64,000 nt of DNA from Nageia nagi (Eukaryota > Plantae > Pinophyta). Shown here in pieces: positions 52,075 through 64,000 of this stretch. Position 1 is the first letter of the stretch, and each line of letters begins with the position of its first letter. The notes under the pieces were generated by a model. The model saw nothing but the letters and a program-made list of their open reading frames with translations, was not told where the DNA came from and made no database searches. The position numbers and the translations under genes are program-made. Location: positions 73,098,001 to 73,162,000 of the forward strand of contig JBITNC010000001.1 in NCBI GenBank assembly GCA_050084985.1, written 5' to 3'.

Positions 52075-52250
52075 ACTGTACTTGCTAATCATAAATACAC
52101 TCCAAACACATCTGAAACAAGAAAAAAAAACTTAGTATAGCATAGTAATCATAGAAGGGAGACTGTACTTGCTAATCATTAATACACTCCAAACACATCT
52201 GAAACAAGAAAAAAAAACTTAGTATAGCATAGTGATCATAGAAGGGAGAC
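52075..52250. repeat. 87 bp tandem duplication
   Basis: ACTGTACTTGCTAATCAT...CATAGAAGGGAG at 52075 and 52162. Confidence 0.95.
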
Positions 52251-53201
52251 TTCAAAATCTAATGGAGAAAAATCCATACATGAGATTTTTATTTTAGGTT
52301 GAATCAGGCTAAATGTTATTGAAAAAAAAAATCAAAAACTGAATATCAAATATAGTTGTTGAGCAACCCCATTTTTTCTTATTTAAATGTCAAGAAGTTT
52401 ACTTAAGCATAAAAAACAGTTCACATAACATCAAAAATGATGCCCTAATCTAAATCAAGGTTCTCCATCATTAGAAATAAGAATTAAACAAAAGAAGCCC
52501 ACAATGTGTTACACTGTACTCATGTTAATCATCAAAAATTGAGAAGAGGACACCAGATTTAATTTACATAATGGTGATCCTTAAAGACATACAGAAGTGT
52601 CAGAATAATTCGTTTCAGTAATGATACATAAGTGTATGTAACAATGCCTCTAGCTAATAATAAACTAATGAACAAATTATCAAGATTCATAATCCACTGC
52701 AGCTGAGTTGTAGAATGAGTTCAAGACATGAAAGATTTTGACTTCCCATACAAGTCCAATTAAAGGCAAACATAAAATATGACAGTATTTGCCAAATGAT
52801 CAGATTTCTTATAGGAGTGGGATAGATTTCTCATATTGTATTGTATTTAAATAGGTAAATACATGACAATAATAGTATAACAACTCAACCAAGTTGTTAT
52901 AACAAAAAACTAAAACAAACACTCGTACCCTACTCAACAATAAATATTGTTGAGATATTATTCAACACAATAATATAACTAAAGAAATAACAACCCCCCC
53001 TTCTAATGAAAAATCTCTACAATTGTCATTATATCAACATTATTATTTCTCAACAACAATGCACTCACTGATCTTCAAACCATCTTTAGCAGCAATGCGT
53101 TCATTGAAATCTCATGTGGCAATGTTTGGGCATTTGACATTCTTCATTCTTCATGTGGTAATGACTTAGGCATTTACCATCTCGTCATATGTGGTACTAA
53201 C

Positions 53202-56200
53202 CATAGAATAAAAAAACGGTTTTTTGAAAATACGGCCCAGGGTCAAAAACGTAAAAACGGCCTTTAAACAGTCAAAATACGTTGAATACAGCAAAATTCG
53301 CGGCTCTAAAAATATGTAAATACAGAAAAAAAGGGGGAAAAAGACAAAAAATGGAAAAGAAACCGAAAATACAAGGAAAATACGTGATCAAAAAACGTAA
53401 AATACGGCAAATAAACGGACAAAAGACGGGGAAACGATGGAAAATTCGAGGAAAAAACGTGATGCATTGAAAAATTTAAAAAAAAAGCAATTTTTTAACT
53501 TTTTCTATATAATATGCTTATCTAATTACCATAAATGATTAAATCATTCACATAAACAATCATATCATCTACCAACTACCAAGTTACAAACACATTCATA
53601 TTTCATAAACCATATCATCGAATATGAAAATAAAAAGCATCTACAAAATGTTTGTCAGATAATAACTTATAAATCTACTACTACTAGTACTATCACTACT
53701 GTGACACTATCCCATACACTCATGAGTCATAATGCCACTAAGTGTCCACTGCTAACTTGCTAAGCACCAACAAAGTACAAAGTACAAAATACAAAATACA
53801 AATAATCATAAATAACTAAAAACAATGTCTCATGAGTCATGACTCCATGTGTGGGCGCTGGGGACTCATCGATATGTGCGGTCCGGGGCTCTAGCCCTTT
53901 TACTATGCAATCGGTCACCACCACTAGTACTACGGCTACCAGTACCAGTACCACGTGCTCCACCAATAGGTGTAGTAGGAGACTGAGAATTGAAAGGTGG
54001 TCTCGTAGGGGTAGGAGTACTACGAGGAGGCAATCCTAAACTAGTAGAACTGCCACCAACACTCTTACAGGGCTTTTGCCTAATCCTTTGGTATCGAACG
54101 AGTGGCTCATCATCGTCAGGCTCACTCTCAATGTCTCGGAAAACCCGACGCTCATAAATCTGGTGAGGTCCAACACCAAGATCAATCTCCATAGGAGGAA
54201 ATGGATAAAAACGCTGATGCTCCTCCTCCTCCTCCCCCTCCTCATCTTCTGCATGCTCCTCCTCCTCGCCCTCATCTGCAAGTTCATCTATCTCCTACTC
54301 CATGTCAAGCCATTCTTCTCGAAATGCTTCATGTAACTCCTCTGGATCTGCCACTGCATCCACTGGAGGGGCATCACTGTCAAAAAAAACAAAAAACAAG
54401 TCAACATTCATAATTTTGTTGAACCTATCAAGATATTTTAAAAATCACATGTAGGGGGGTGCTAGGTGAAAGTAAAAACGAAGAAGATAACCTATATGAG
54501 GGATCAATGGTAGTCAAGTTAATGGGCTCATCCTCATCCTTCTTTTGCAGTTGCCTCACATACAATCGTAGGTTGATTTAAATGTACACAATATCATTCA
54601 CGCATTGTGTTGTCAACCTATTAACATAAAAAAAATGAGATAATGATAACTGAGAGTGAGATTTGAGAAGTAAGAAATTTCCATTGCATTTTGAAAGTTG
54701 AAAGGAATCACAATTGGAATGAATCAAATTACTAACCTGTTGCGCTTCTTGGAGTGAATGTTTTCAAATGCACTCCAATTGCACTCACATCCTGAAGCGC
54801 TACACATTTGACTAAGGATGCGAATGGCAAATCTTTGCAACTCAGGTGTTTCACCCCCAAAATTCGCCCACCACAACTCTAAAAAATGTAGTAATATCAA
54901 ATCAGAAAACATTAAATATTTAAATGCCTGAATGTATAAACTTAAAACTTAAAATTAATGCATGAACTTTGTATTTTTCTCACCTGGAGCAATTGTGAAA
55001 CATGCCTCTCTAGCGGATTGCTACCTAAAGAGGCCTTTTGAGTGCTTGTATGACTCAAGCTCCTTGAAGATTTTGGATTGAGTGGTAGGATCTTGAACCA
55101 TACCAGCTACACATTTTGTAAGCCCCAAGTTAGCATGACTATCAGTCTTGTATTTTGAGTTTGGTGCAAAATACAAGATAGGGTTTAAGATGGCCCCTAC
55201 TCCATGAATAGGGCGATACAACATATTCCACCACCGTTCATCAATGGGAGCCCAAAACTCCATGTGCTTGTTACCAAACTCATTACCCTCATCAGGGTGG
55301 TCAATATAATAATGCATTATGGCCTCCTTGGCCCTAGCCAGAGCCTCATACAAATAGCCCATAATGTGCCTATCACTATCAACCAAACGTAGGACTCGTA
55401 CAAGTGGTCCTATCACGCTACAAATCTCTTTGAGCGTCGCCCAAAAATCACCCATGGATATCAATGAAGACACGACCATACCCTGACCTGGTGCTCATGG
55501 TTGTATCACTCCACTCTCTAGAAACAAACATGGAACGCAACTCATGCATGTTCCGAAATAGCGACTGAAGGATGATGAAATTGGAGGCAAAACATGTAAC
55601 TCCTAGGCGCAACAAGTCCCTATCGTTGGTGTACCTCCTCATCATACTAAGAACAGTGGTTTTATTATAAATATATCTGGTAACACAAGATAAGAAATTA
55701 AGAATCAAGATAGTCTAAGAGTAAGAATATAAGATAAGAAAAAAATATGATAAGATAGATGTACCTCGTGATTGTCCTAGCTTGGTCAACCACCTCTTTC
55801 ACCCAAGCCATTTTTCCTATGTCCTCCAAAAGAAGATCAATGCAATGACAAGCACATGGATTCCAGTACAAGGAGGGATACATATTCATGAGCTTGCTAC
55901 CTGTTGCAACATAACTAGAAGCATTGTCTGTGATCACCTGAACAATATGCTTCGGCCCCAGGTCCTTCACAAAATGATCCAATAAGTCACCTAACAAGTT
56001 TGCATCTTTTGCCTTATCGGATGCATCAATGGATTTTTTAAATATTGTCCCATATTTGGAGTATACCAAAAAATTAATCAAGCTTCTACTCTTACTATCC
56101 GACCACCCATCAAATAGTATTGTGCAACCCAATAACTTCCAAGATTCTTCAATATCAACCATTCTAAAAATAGTAACATGAAAATAAAATAAATTATAAA

Positions 56201-57535
56201 AACAACTAAACAAAAAAAGTAATTTAAAATATGTAATAAATATTGTCTATTGAAATTTGATATCACTATTTACGTACCTGTCACAGACTTCTTGCTTTGA
56301 GATCCTTCATGAGAGACCCTTGCATTTCTGCATGAGTAGGGCCCACATAACCAGGTCCAGTGTTAGCCACTGCATCGATCGCTAGTTGCCAAAATACACT
56401 CCTGGTAATGTGGATTGGAACTTCTTCATAATAGATCAATTTTGCCAACATCAAATCAGCTTCTTTCTTCTTTGGCATACTCATAATGGATGGTTGGGAT
56501 CCAAGAGTTGTCCGGGGTTGAAAGTAGGAATGGACTCCAACCCTTCCAGGGTATCCACTTCCACTAGGTCTACTGGCACTTGCACTGACACTTGCACTGC
56601 CACCTATACTTGGACTGGACACATTTCCACTTGAAGAGCTTATCCCTCCTAGCTCCATTTGAAATGCTTGTTTCCTCTCTTTTTTCTCAACAATAGAATC
56701 CAAGGCTCTAATTGCGTCCAAAGCAAGATCTGGAGTTGCTTTTGGGCAACTCTCTACATCACTCCTTGATCTCCCAGAAAGATGCCCTTTGAACCTTGTA
56801 ATTGTTCCCTGAATAGGCTTGCCATATAGATTGCAACTAAAATGTTGAGAATTGCCACGAACCCCCTCAATTGGAGTCACATATTGCCAAAACCTGTCCA
56901 ACTCCTTCAGCATTTTGGTGTATTGGAAAATCTCCCTCAATCAATAATGCTCTAGCTCCTCTCTCTTTCTCCAAGCCTTGCAAAGCAAAAATGAGGGGAA
57001 AAACCCTTCCCCCCCCTTTATTCCTTCTCCCCAGCCGCCTAGCACATCCCACGTTTTCACGACGTCTTCGGCGTTTTTTGGCCATTTAAACGGTGTTTAG
57101 ACGCAAAAAAGACATTTTTGGCATCTTTTCCTTCCAAACACAGGTTCTATCTCGGTCGGCCCACGTCTTTTCCTCTTAATACGTGTTGTTTCCACGCTTA
57201 AACACCATTTTTAGATGCAAAAGCACCAAAAATGGCGAGTACAACAGGGTGTTTTAAGTTAAATCTTTCCTACGTGACGTCTTTCACGTTTAAACGGCGC
57301 ATTTTGGAGGAAAAAACGCGTTTAAGGCGGTTTGTAAAATTCGCAGTCAACCTACGTTTTTTCCACGTATTCAACGTTTTTTTCACGTTTTTTCCATGTT
57401 TAGACGTCGTTTAAACAGCCCGTATTTCGAAGTTAAAAACGGTGTTTTTTTCCGTTTTTTAAGGAAAATTCGGAATTTTCCCAAAAACGGAAAAAATGTC
57501 GATTTTCATATTTAAACGTTGTTTTTTATTCTATG
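53202..57535 (-). mobile_element. Complete hAT DNA transposon (4334 bp)
   Basis: TIR CATAGAATAAAAAA at both ends; perfect 8 bp TSD GTACTAAC (53194-53201 and 57536-57543). Confidence 0.96.
53870..56915 (-). pseudogene. hAT transposase (BED finger, DUF659, C-terminal dimerisation domain), spliced and disrupted
   Basis: FWQYV...FSCNLYGK...RFKGHLSG; GCTILFDGWSD; VQVITDNASSY; WNPCACHCIDLLLEDIG; WWANFGGETPELQRFAIRILSQMCSASGCECNWSAFENIHSKKRNRL. Partial duplication and frameshift near 55700 and 55460. Confidence 0.92.
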
Positions 57536-60479
57536 GTACTAACTGGGCTTCTACCATCACATCCAATCAACAACAAAAGAAGTTTATGGAAACTTCCCTC
57601 CCTTAATAGTAACTTCCATGATAACGTATGGGCATTGTCACAACCAAGAATGGATAGAGATAAACACATCTATCTATGATCAAACTACAAAGTGTAAACA
57701 TGAACAAACACATCCGCTTACAACACACATCCAAAGATTCCAAACTACAAAGGTGATTGGCAACTAACACATCCAATCACAAATACCCATCAAATGCGAT
57801 TGAGGACAAACACATCCAACCATGAACAATCATCAAACAACAACACGTCCATTCAGCAACATATAGACAACAACAAACTATCATGTCAGCATGACCATCC
57901 AATAGCATGAGATCGTAGTAAACTATTCTATCATGTCATTGAACAATGGTTAGACACCAACACATCCAACTATCTCTACAAATAGACTTTTTGGCAGTCT
58001 TCTTTCAACCTCCTCTATAGGCTTCTGGCATTTTGCAATTCATATGTAAATGAGGACAAACACATCCACTTACACTTATTAATATTTTTTGAGTATTTAG
58101 AAAACAAATTCCTCCTCATTATCCTCACATGAAGGATCCGTAGTGTGTTCTCCGAACACACATTTTTCATCATCATTAGCAGCCATTGCTTCTTCATCAT
58201 CATTGGCATGCATTGTTTGATCTATCTTCAATTTCTTATTGAGTATATCTTTTACCTGTTGCTTACCATTCATAACAATATGCCCTGATTGTTTGCAATA
58301 ACAACATACAACTCTAGTAAAAGACTTAAAGTTAGAGGAACGATTCTTGGACCCAAAAAAAATTTGTTCTTGACATAGTAGTTCCTTCCTCTATTGAAAC
58401 TTTCTTAGTTCCATCATCAATCAAACTAGATATAATGGCTTCTAATGTGACACTAATCTTGTTCAAAGTGAATAGAACATTCGCATTATTAAATGGCATA
58501 TTGTTCAAAAAAATTGTTTTAGCATCATCATCTTCTATTTTACTTTTATACCAACAAGTTGATTTATAAAAGATTGGAACTTACTTGCGTTGAACAATGT
58601 CCTCACCTTCTTCAATCCAAATAATTTTTGTTTTTAAAACCATCTTAGCATTGGAGGCATGTGACCTATAAAATTATTAAGTGCATCTCAAACTTCCTTT
58701 GATGTTTTAGAGATATCAATGTGGTGGAGATAAGCATTTGAAAGCCCTAAACCAATCAAGGTCGTTGCTCATTGATCCTTTGTAGTCCATGTCAAAATTT
58801 CATTGGCAATCTTTGGTTTTGAAGTTGTTCCACTGACAATATTTCAAAGATCCTTTTCAATAAGGATCAACTGCAATTTTAGTTGCCAAGTATTAAAGTC
58901 TTTTCCTTTAAATTTTGGAACAATAATTATTTTATCCCTACTTCAAAATTTCACAACACTGATCTTTACTTTTCCAAACAGAAATCAACTAAAACTTATA
59001 AACGCACTTACCAACATAACCTCAACGGAAGAACTAACAAAGATAATATGAGAGGAACAATTCACATTTACAACCTTCACGGCTCAATTTCTATTGTCAT
59101 TTGCAAGCTTGAATAGAAACACGACTTCAAGTCTCTACTCACGAGGCAGGTTGACAAGATATATCTAGCATTCCTCCAAGCATATCATAGAAGCTAGCTT
59201 AGGCACATTTTTCAATCTACAAGTCAACGAACAGTGGTTGAAATGCACGACCCACTTTTCCAAGACAATGCATTGCAGAGCGTGAGCCTCATGACTTATT
59301 GTGCAGATAGATTTGTACGATGTTGGGCACACATCGCATAGGCAAAATATGAGACAGTTGAACAAACAATGGTGTTAACAAACATTCCAAGTTTGCTACG
59401 CAATCCACAACAGCATATACGTTGTCTTCTCGATCGTGGCAGATTGTCTCTATTACTAAAAGCCTCCTCCAACACCTTTCACCTCTACGTTCACACTCCA
59501 TTGAATATTGAACAATACACCTTTCTTGGTCTGCACCACACACATTGGATATCAACTCTTACACACAAGCCTCCCTTTTCCTATAGCAAACACATTATGC
59601 AATCACAACAAATTCATACATGTAATTAAATGCATCTTCCAAAATGATCTTCCACAAATTTGTATGTGCATTCATAGCTATGGTAGAAAAACATGGGCCT
59701 AAGTCTCAAGTCAATGAAAACAGATTCAGCATCCTTGTTTTTTTTTTAGCGCACATAGATAAAGAGGTCAACCTCTCAAATCTAAACAAACAACGCAACC
59801 TCCACAAGACAAGTCTCGCTTCTCCCTGCAAGATGTTTCTCAAACACACAAACTCCTTATGTTGTGGCAGATGCACATCTTAATGCGTGTTTCCCTTAAT
59901 TGGATCTATACAAGAACAAAACACCACAAGTTTGATGGTAACCAAATGATTTGTTTTCTTACAAATGTGCTTTGATACCATATTGGAGCAAAATAAATTT
60001 CTCATATTGTATTGCACTTAAATGGGTAAATACATGACAATAATAGTATAACAACTCGAACAAATTGTTATAAAAAAATATAACAACAAACTAAAACAAA
60101 CACCCATATCCTATTCAACAATAAATATTGTTAAGATATTTTTCAACACAATAATCTAAATACAAAAACAATATCTCTAACATTCATGAAAATTTCCTAT
60201 CTATCAATCGACAGATTTATTTTTCATGCTGCTCCATCCTCATTTGAAGAATTACAACCCAAACAAAAGTTGAAAGTTGACTTTCATTCAGCCAAAGACA
60301 TGAATAATAAGAACAAATTCTCATTGCAGTTGAAGTTCAATTCATGAATATAATCTTGGCCAATCATGAGGCCCATTCTCATTTGTTTGCAATAGATTAG
60401 CACAATATCAACCAAATTCATTTTTCAAACAAACCATTTTAATTGCAACAATTTGATTTGGGTTCTCATTTCAACAGAC

Positions 60480-61030
60480 TAGAGTGCAAGGAGGATAGGG
60501 CTACCATTGCCCAAATTGATCCCATTGGAGAGTGAGAGCTATATGGAAATGATGCTCCACACTTGAAGCATCTTGCGATTAGGCTCCTTTCCGAGGTTAG
60601 TAGATGCCATTGGCATGCCATTAAGTATTTGACTATTTGTCAATTTGAAATTTAAATGATTGTTTGAAATCTTAAATTTCTATTTCTCACATAATCTAAT
60701 TTAAATGATTGTTTGTAGGTTTGTAGTTCATCTGCTATGGATAGAAATTGGTCTACTTATGACTTCGTCCACAATCTACGCAAGAACATACTTTTCGTAG
60801 AGCAGAGAAGTTAGTTGCAATGCATAGCTCTATTTGCCTTCACAAGAGAGTTAAGCCAAGGTATAGGGCTAGTCTAGTTGCATGTTGGGATGTTGATCCA
60901 ATGGAGGCAAGCCAACCTGAGGCTAATGTTGATGAGGTGGATTGCCATTGCATACTCTTTAGTTGGATGATGAAAGCAACTCATCAGATAGCTCAACAAA
61001 TGAGAAGGATCCTAATACACCACTGTTAGC
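60480..61030 (+). pseudogene. Old hAT dimerisation-domain remnant with intron
   Basis: YGNDAPHLKHLAIRLLSE|intron|VCSSSAMDRNWSTYDFVH. Confidence 0.75.
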
Positions 61031-61229
61031 ACATGATCTTATAGAGCCATAGACTATAGTGGTTATTTTGGCATTTTCATTTTGTTATACTTATTTTACT
61101 ATTTGTAATATTCCCAAATTTTGCCATCTCGCTCACTCCAGCACAAGGAAGTGGGACGTGCACCCTCATTGTGCTCACTTAGCTATTTAGGCGTATTTTT
61201 GTAGTTTTAGAGTAAATTTGGGAATATTG

Positions 61230-62330
61230 TGACAATATTAAAGTCCTTTTCTTTGTAAAGTTCCACTTGGAGGCTCTCCAACATGGGATGTTGGACTCTA
61301 TGAGTCATTATTTGTAATTTTAATTAGTTTATTGTCGGTAATTATGTGGGACACTTAAGGATGCCAAATAAATATTGTTATTAGTAATACGAAGATCAAA
61401 TTATATTTGTAAATGCAATATTAATTTCCTTTAGTGAGGTGTTGCATATCTAGGCCTTGATGAGTTGCAATTGGCATCTCGAGGCACCTAGATGCCTCTC
61501 GATGTAATAGTGCTTCTCCTTAAGTTGGATGCATCACTAGGGGTAGAGCATGATGATTCCAAAGGAGACACTAATCCCGAGGCATAAAACACTCCAAGAT
61601 AGAGGCGTGGCACCTAGAAGAGCAAACTGGCACCGTTAGATGTGATTACATGGATCCCAATACGCACATGATGCAACATCTCACTCCAAGAGTAAATCCC
61701 AACCATTAAAGACGATTATGATGATCCCAAGGCACCATGGAGCATCTAGAGGTGGACGCAGGATATGAAGACCATTTGGAGTCTATAAAAGGAGGATGAT
61801 AGCCCATTTGAAGATATGCTTATTTGGATTAATTCTCTTCTCTCCAAGACATGGGCGTCAGCTTCATCCTTTGCCTCTTGCAGACGAAAACCCACAAGGG
61901 AGGTGCTGAGCTCTAGCGAAGTCTCAAGGCTATACAAATTGCTACTTTAAGGATTAGTGCACCTCAAAGGACCAGCTAACTATCCAAGGGTGTTGGCATT
62001 ACCTTGGATTATCTAACACTGCAAAAGGGACCCTAGTGTCTCTACCACAATTGAGGAGTAGGAAGCCCTAGTGCAAGCCTTACCACTACTACAGGACAGC
62101 CTTGATGTTTTAATTACAATTTTCAGAGGATCTTCATTTATGGCATCATTGCTCTATATCAAAGCCATGTAATTCAAGTCCCATTTGCAATATTATTTGA
62201 ATTACATTTTGTGGCTCATTAATTGTGTTATTTCATAAGTTTGGCCATGGTAGCCTAAACGTCAGAATTATGGATGTTGTTTGGTGTTATCTTGCCATTA
62301 CTGCTTAAACATTGAGCTTGTTTGAGTTTA
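61230..62330. repeat. Probable LTR-derived segment
   Basis: Non-coding, with a CTATAAA box and LTR-like composition. Boundaries not resolved. Confidence 0.3.
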
Positions 62331-64000
62331 TTGTACTATTTTGAGCTTAATTGTTGAGATCTAGCATTACTAGGCTAGACTTTGGCATTTTTGGCATCAA
62401 TATTGGCTTTTGGAGTTGGATGTTGGATTTTTTGCTTGCTATTTTGCCCCTTAAGGCTAGACATCTACATTTCCAAGGGTTGAAATAGGACATTTTGGGT
62501 GTTTCAAGTGCACAAACGGCTTGATTGCTAATTTTGATGAATTTTTGTAAGCCCTTTTGGCATGTTTCTGGAACAGCCCTAGTTTGGAATATTTCACTAT
62601 TTGACATATTCATGTCAATGTCCAGTCTATGTATTTGATTCAAAACTAATGACATTATGATTCAGATTGATTATGGCATTATGATTATGTTATCAGATTT
62701 AATGTTTTACGATTATATCTTCAAGTTGAATTTCTAATTTCAATTCCATGTTTTCAATTTGCATATATGATTGAATTTGATAATATGATCATTCATCATA
62801 ATAATTATGAATTGGAAACAATAAAATCTAAAAAATCTGAACATTCCTATAATTTTCACTAGTATTATACTTGTTCCCTGGCGTTCCTAAAAAATGACCC
62901 CCTACGTTCCCCCGCTCCAGATACAAGTTCACCCGTTTTCCGACCTTGTGGAACGCTGTCTATAAGCAACAGTACACTCCACAGTTACAGTGTCCATTTG
63001 TTACCTGATGTTGATGAAAGTCTAAAACTTGGATCTATATTTTTATATAAATTTGCACAAATTACTCAAGAATCTGAGTTTTACTTTGGTTCACATTGAT
63101 CATCTGGTTGCACGAATGTTTGCAGTATATTGCTTAGCAAAGGGACTCCTGCTGGGTTTCATATTACCATGAATGATATTACAAAAATAAACATCTGAGA
63201 TAATTACATTCACTTATTCAGATATGTTTTTCTATCATATTTGAAGTTTTTTTTTTAATTCCAGAGCACTGTGAATCAAGCAAGCTGCAAAATACAAATT
63301 ATTTATTTTTAAACAAATGCAATAATAGCCTAGTTTAAGTGCTTCAGTAATAACAGCTATACACATTGAGAAGGCAAAAACAAACTTCACTTTGTTCTGT
63401 TTGCCACAGACTGTTATTTAACAAAATAAAATGCAGCATTTAGAATATATACAGTATCAGTCCATTACACAGATTCAATAGACTTTCTAGCAAATCATTG
63501 CATTCTCCTGCTGTCAACATGAATATCAGTCCGATACAGTTGAGCAGCTCGTGGATTCAACACTTGCATAATTTGTATCAGTAAGAAGGGGGCAAAGTAC
63601 TTGTCAAAATTGCAGAAATATTATGTCAAGAGACCAAGCATCTTGAATGATGTTCACACAGCATTTAATGTCCATCACACATAGGGCAGCTTTAGCAACA
63701 AAGGGTAATACATTCCTGATCTTCAATGAAACCAGTTGACCCTTGCCATCCATCATCTAAGCTTCTAATTGCATATAAATCTCTCCATTTCTTTGCAGGC
63801 AATAATTTTCTTAATCTGTAGCCCAAGCAGGTGCTCCTCCGGCATCACCTGCTCCACACGCTGCAAGCATCTCTACACGTTCATCATCACAAAGACCATC
63901 ACTTCAAATCAAAGTTGTCAGACTCAGCCTCGGATTCGGGACTCGGGAAAAAAATCGGCCAAACTCATTAAAAATCATCAAAACAAAAAATGCAAAATAT

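Larger units (their letters stand above)
52810..60182 (-). mobile_element. Non-autonomous gag-only copia-type LTR element (~3 kb without the nested hAT)
   Basis: Paired short LTRs at 52810-52992 and 59981-60182; PBS TGGTATCAAAGC at 59980-59969; PPT GAAGGGGGGG next to the 3' LTR. Copia gag remnant at ~58250-58800 (LSNAYLHHI...KTSKEV*DAL; CKQSGH). No pol recognised. Confidence 0.82.

Noticed and set aside
52805-52809. 5 bp TSD for the gag-only LTR element
   Set aside because: The flanks (TTTCT versus TTCAT) do not match cleanly, so no TSD is claimed.
63005-63910. Possible upstream exons of the helicase gene
   Set aside because: The donor at ~63004 gives a stop in the required phase, and the nearby frames are short and unrecognisable.

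Overview
AT-rich, repeat-dominated plant nuclear DNA. Multi-kb TE-filled introns and the element types suggest a large-genome gymnosperm (inference). 1-11 kb: decayed Ty3/gypsy (Tat-like, extra RNase H) and Ty1/copia remnants. The main discovery is a 12.2 kb DNA transposon at 12674-24867, bounded by ~25 bp TIRs and a 4 bp AACA TSD. It has a Sola2-like DDD transposase pseudogene (+) and a convergent multi-exon gene of unknown function (-). It also carries a telomere-like CCCTAAY array, a decayed tRNA-Lys(UUU), and captured PPR E/E+ fragments expanded into a minisatellite. 27.8-33.4 kb: a TSD-bounded L1-type LINE with an extra third ORF after ORF2; homologues of that ORF recur at 34 kb and in a poly(A)/TSD-bounded retrocopy at 42.2-43.9 kb. 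The only host gene recognised is a minus-strand DEAD-box helicase (plant RH25/26/31/33/48 clade). Its five visible exons are intact, but it stops after the first RecA domain and has altered RNA-binding motifs. Its intron and upstream region hold hAT MITEs, LTR fragments, and a complete hAT element nested in a gag-only copia element. All coordinates were read by eye and no database searches were run.
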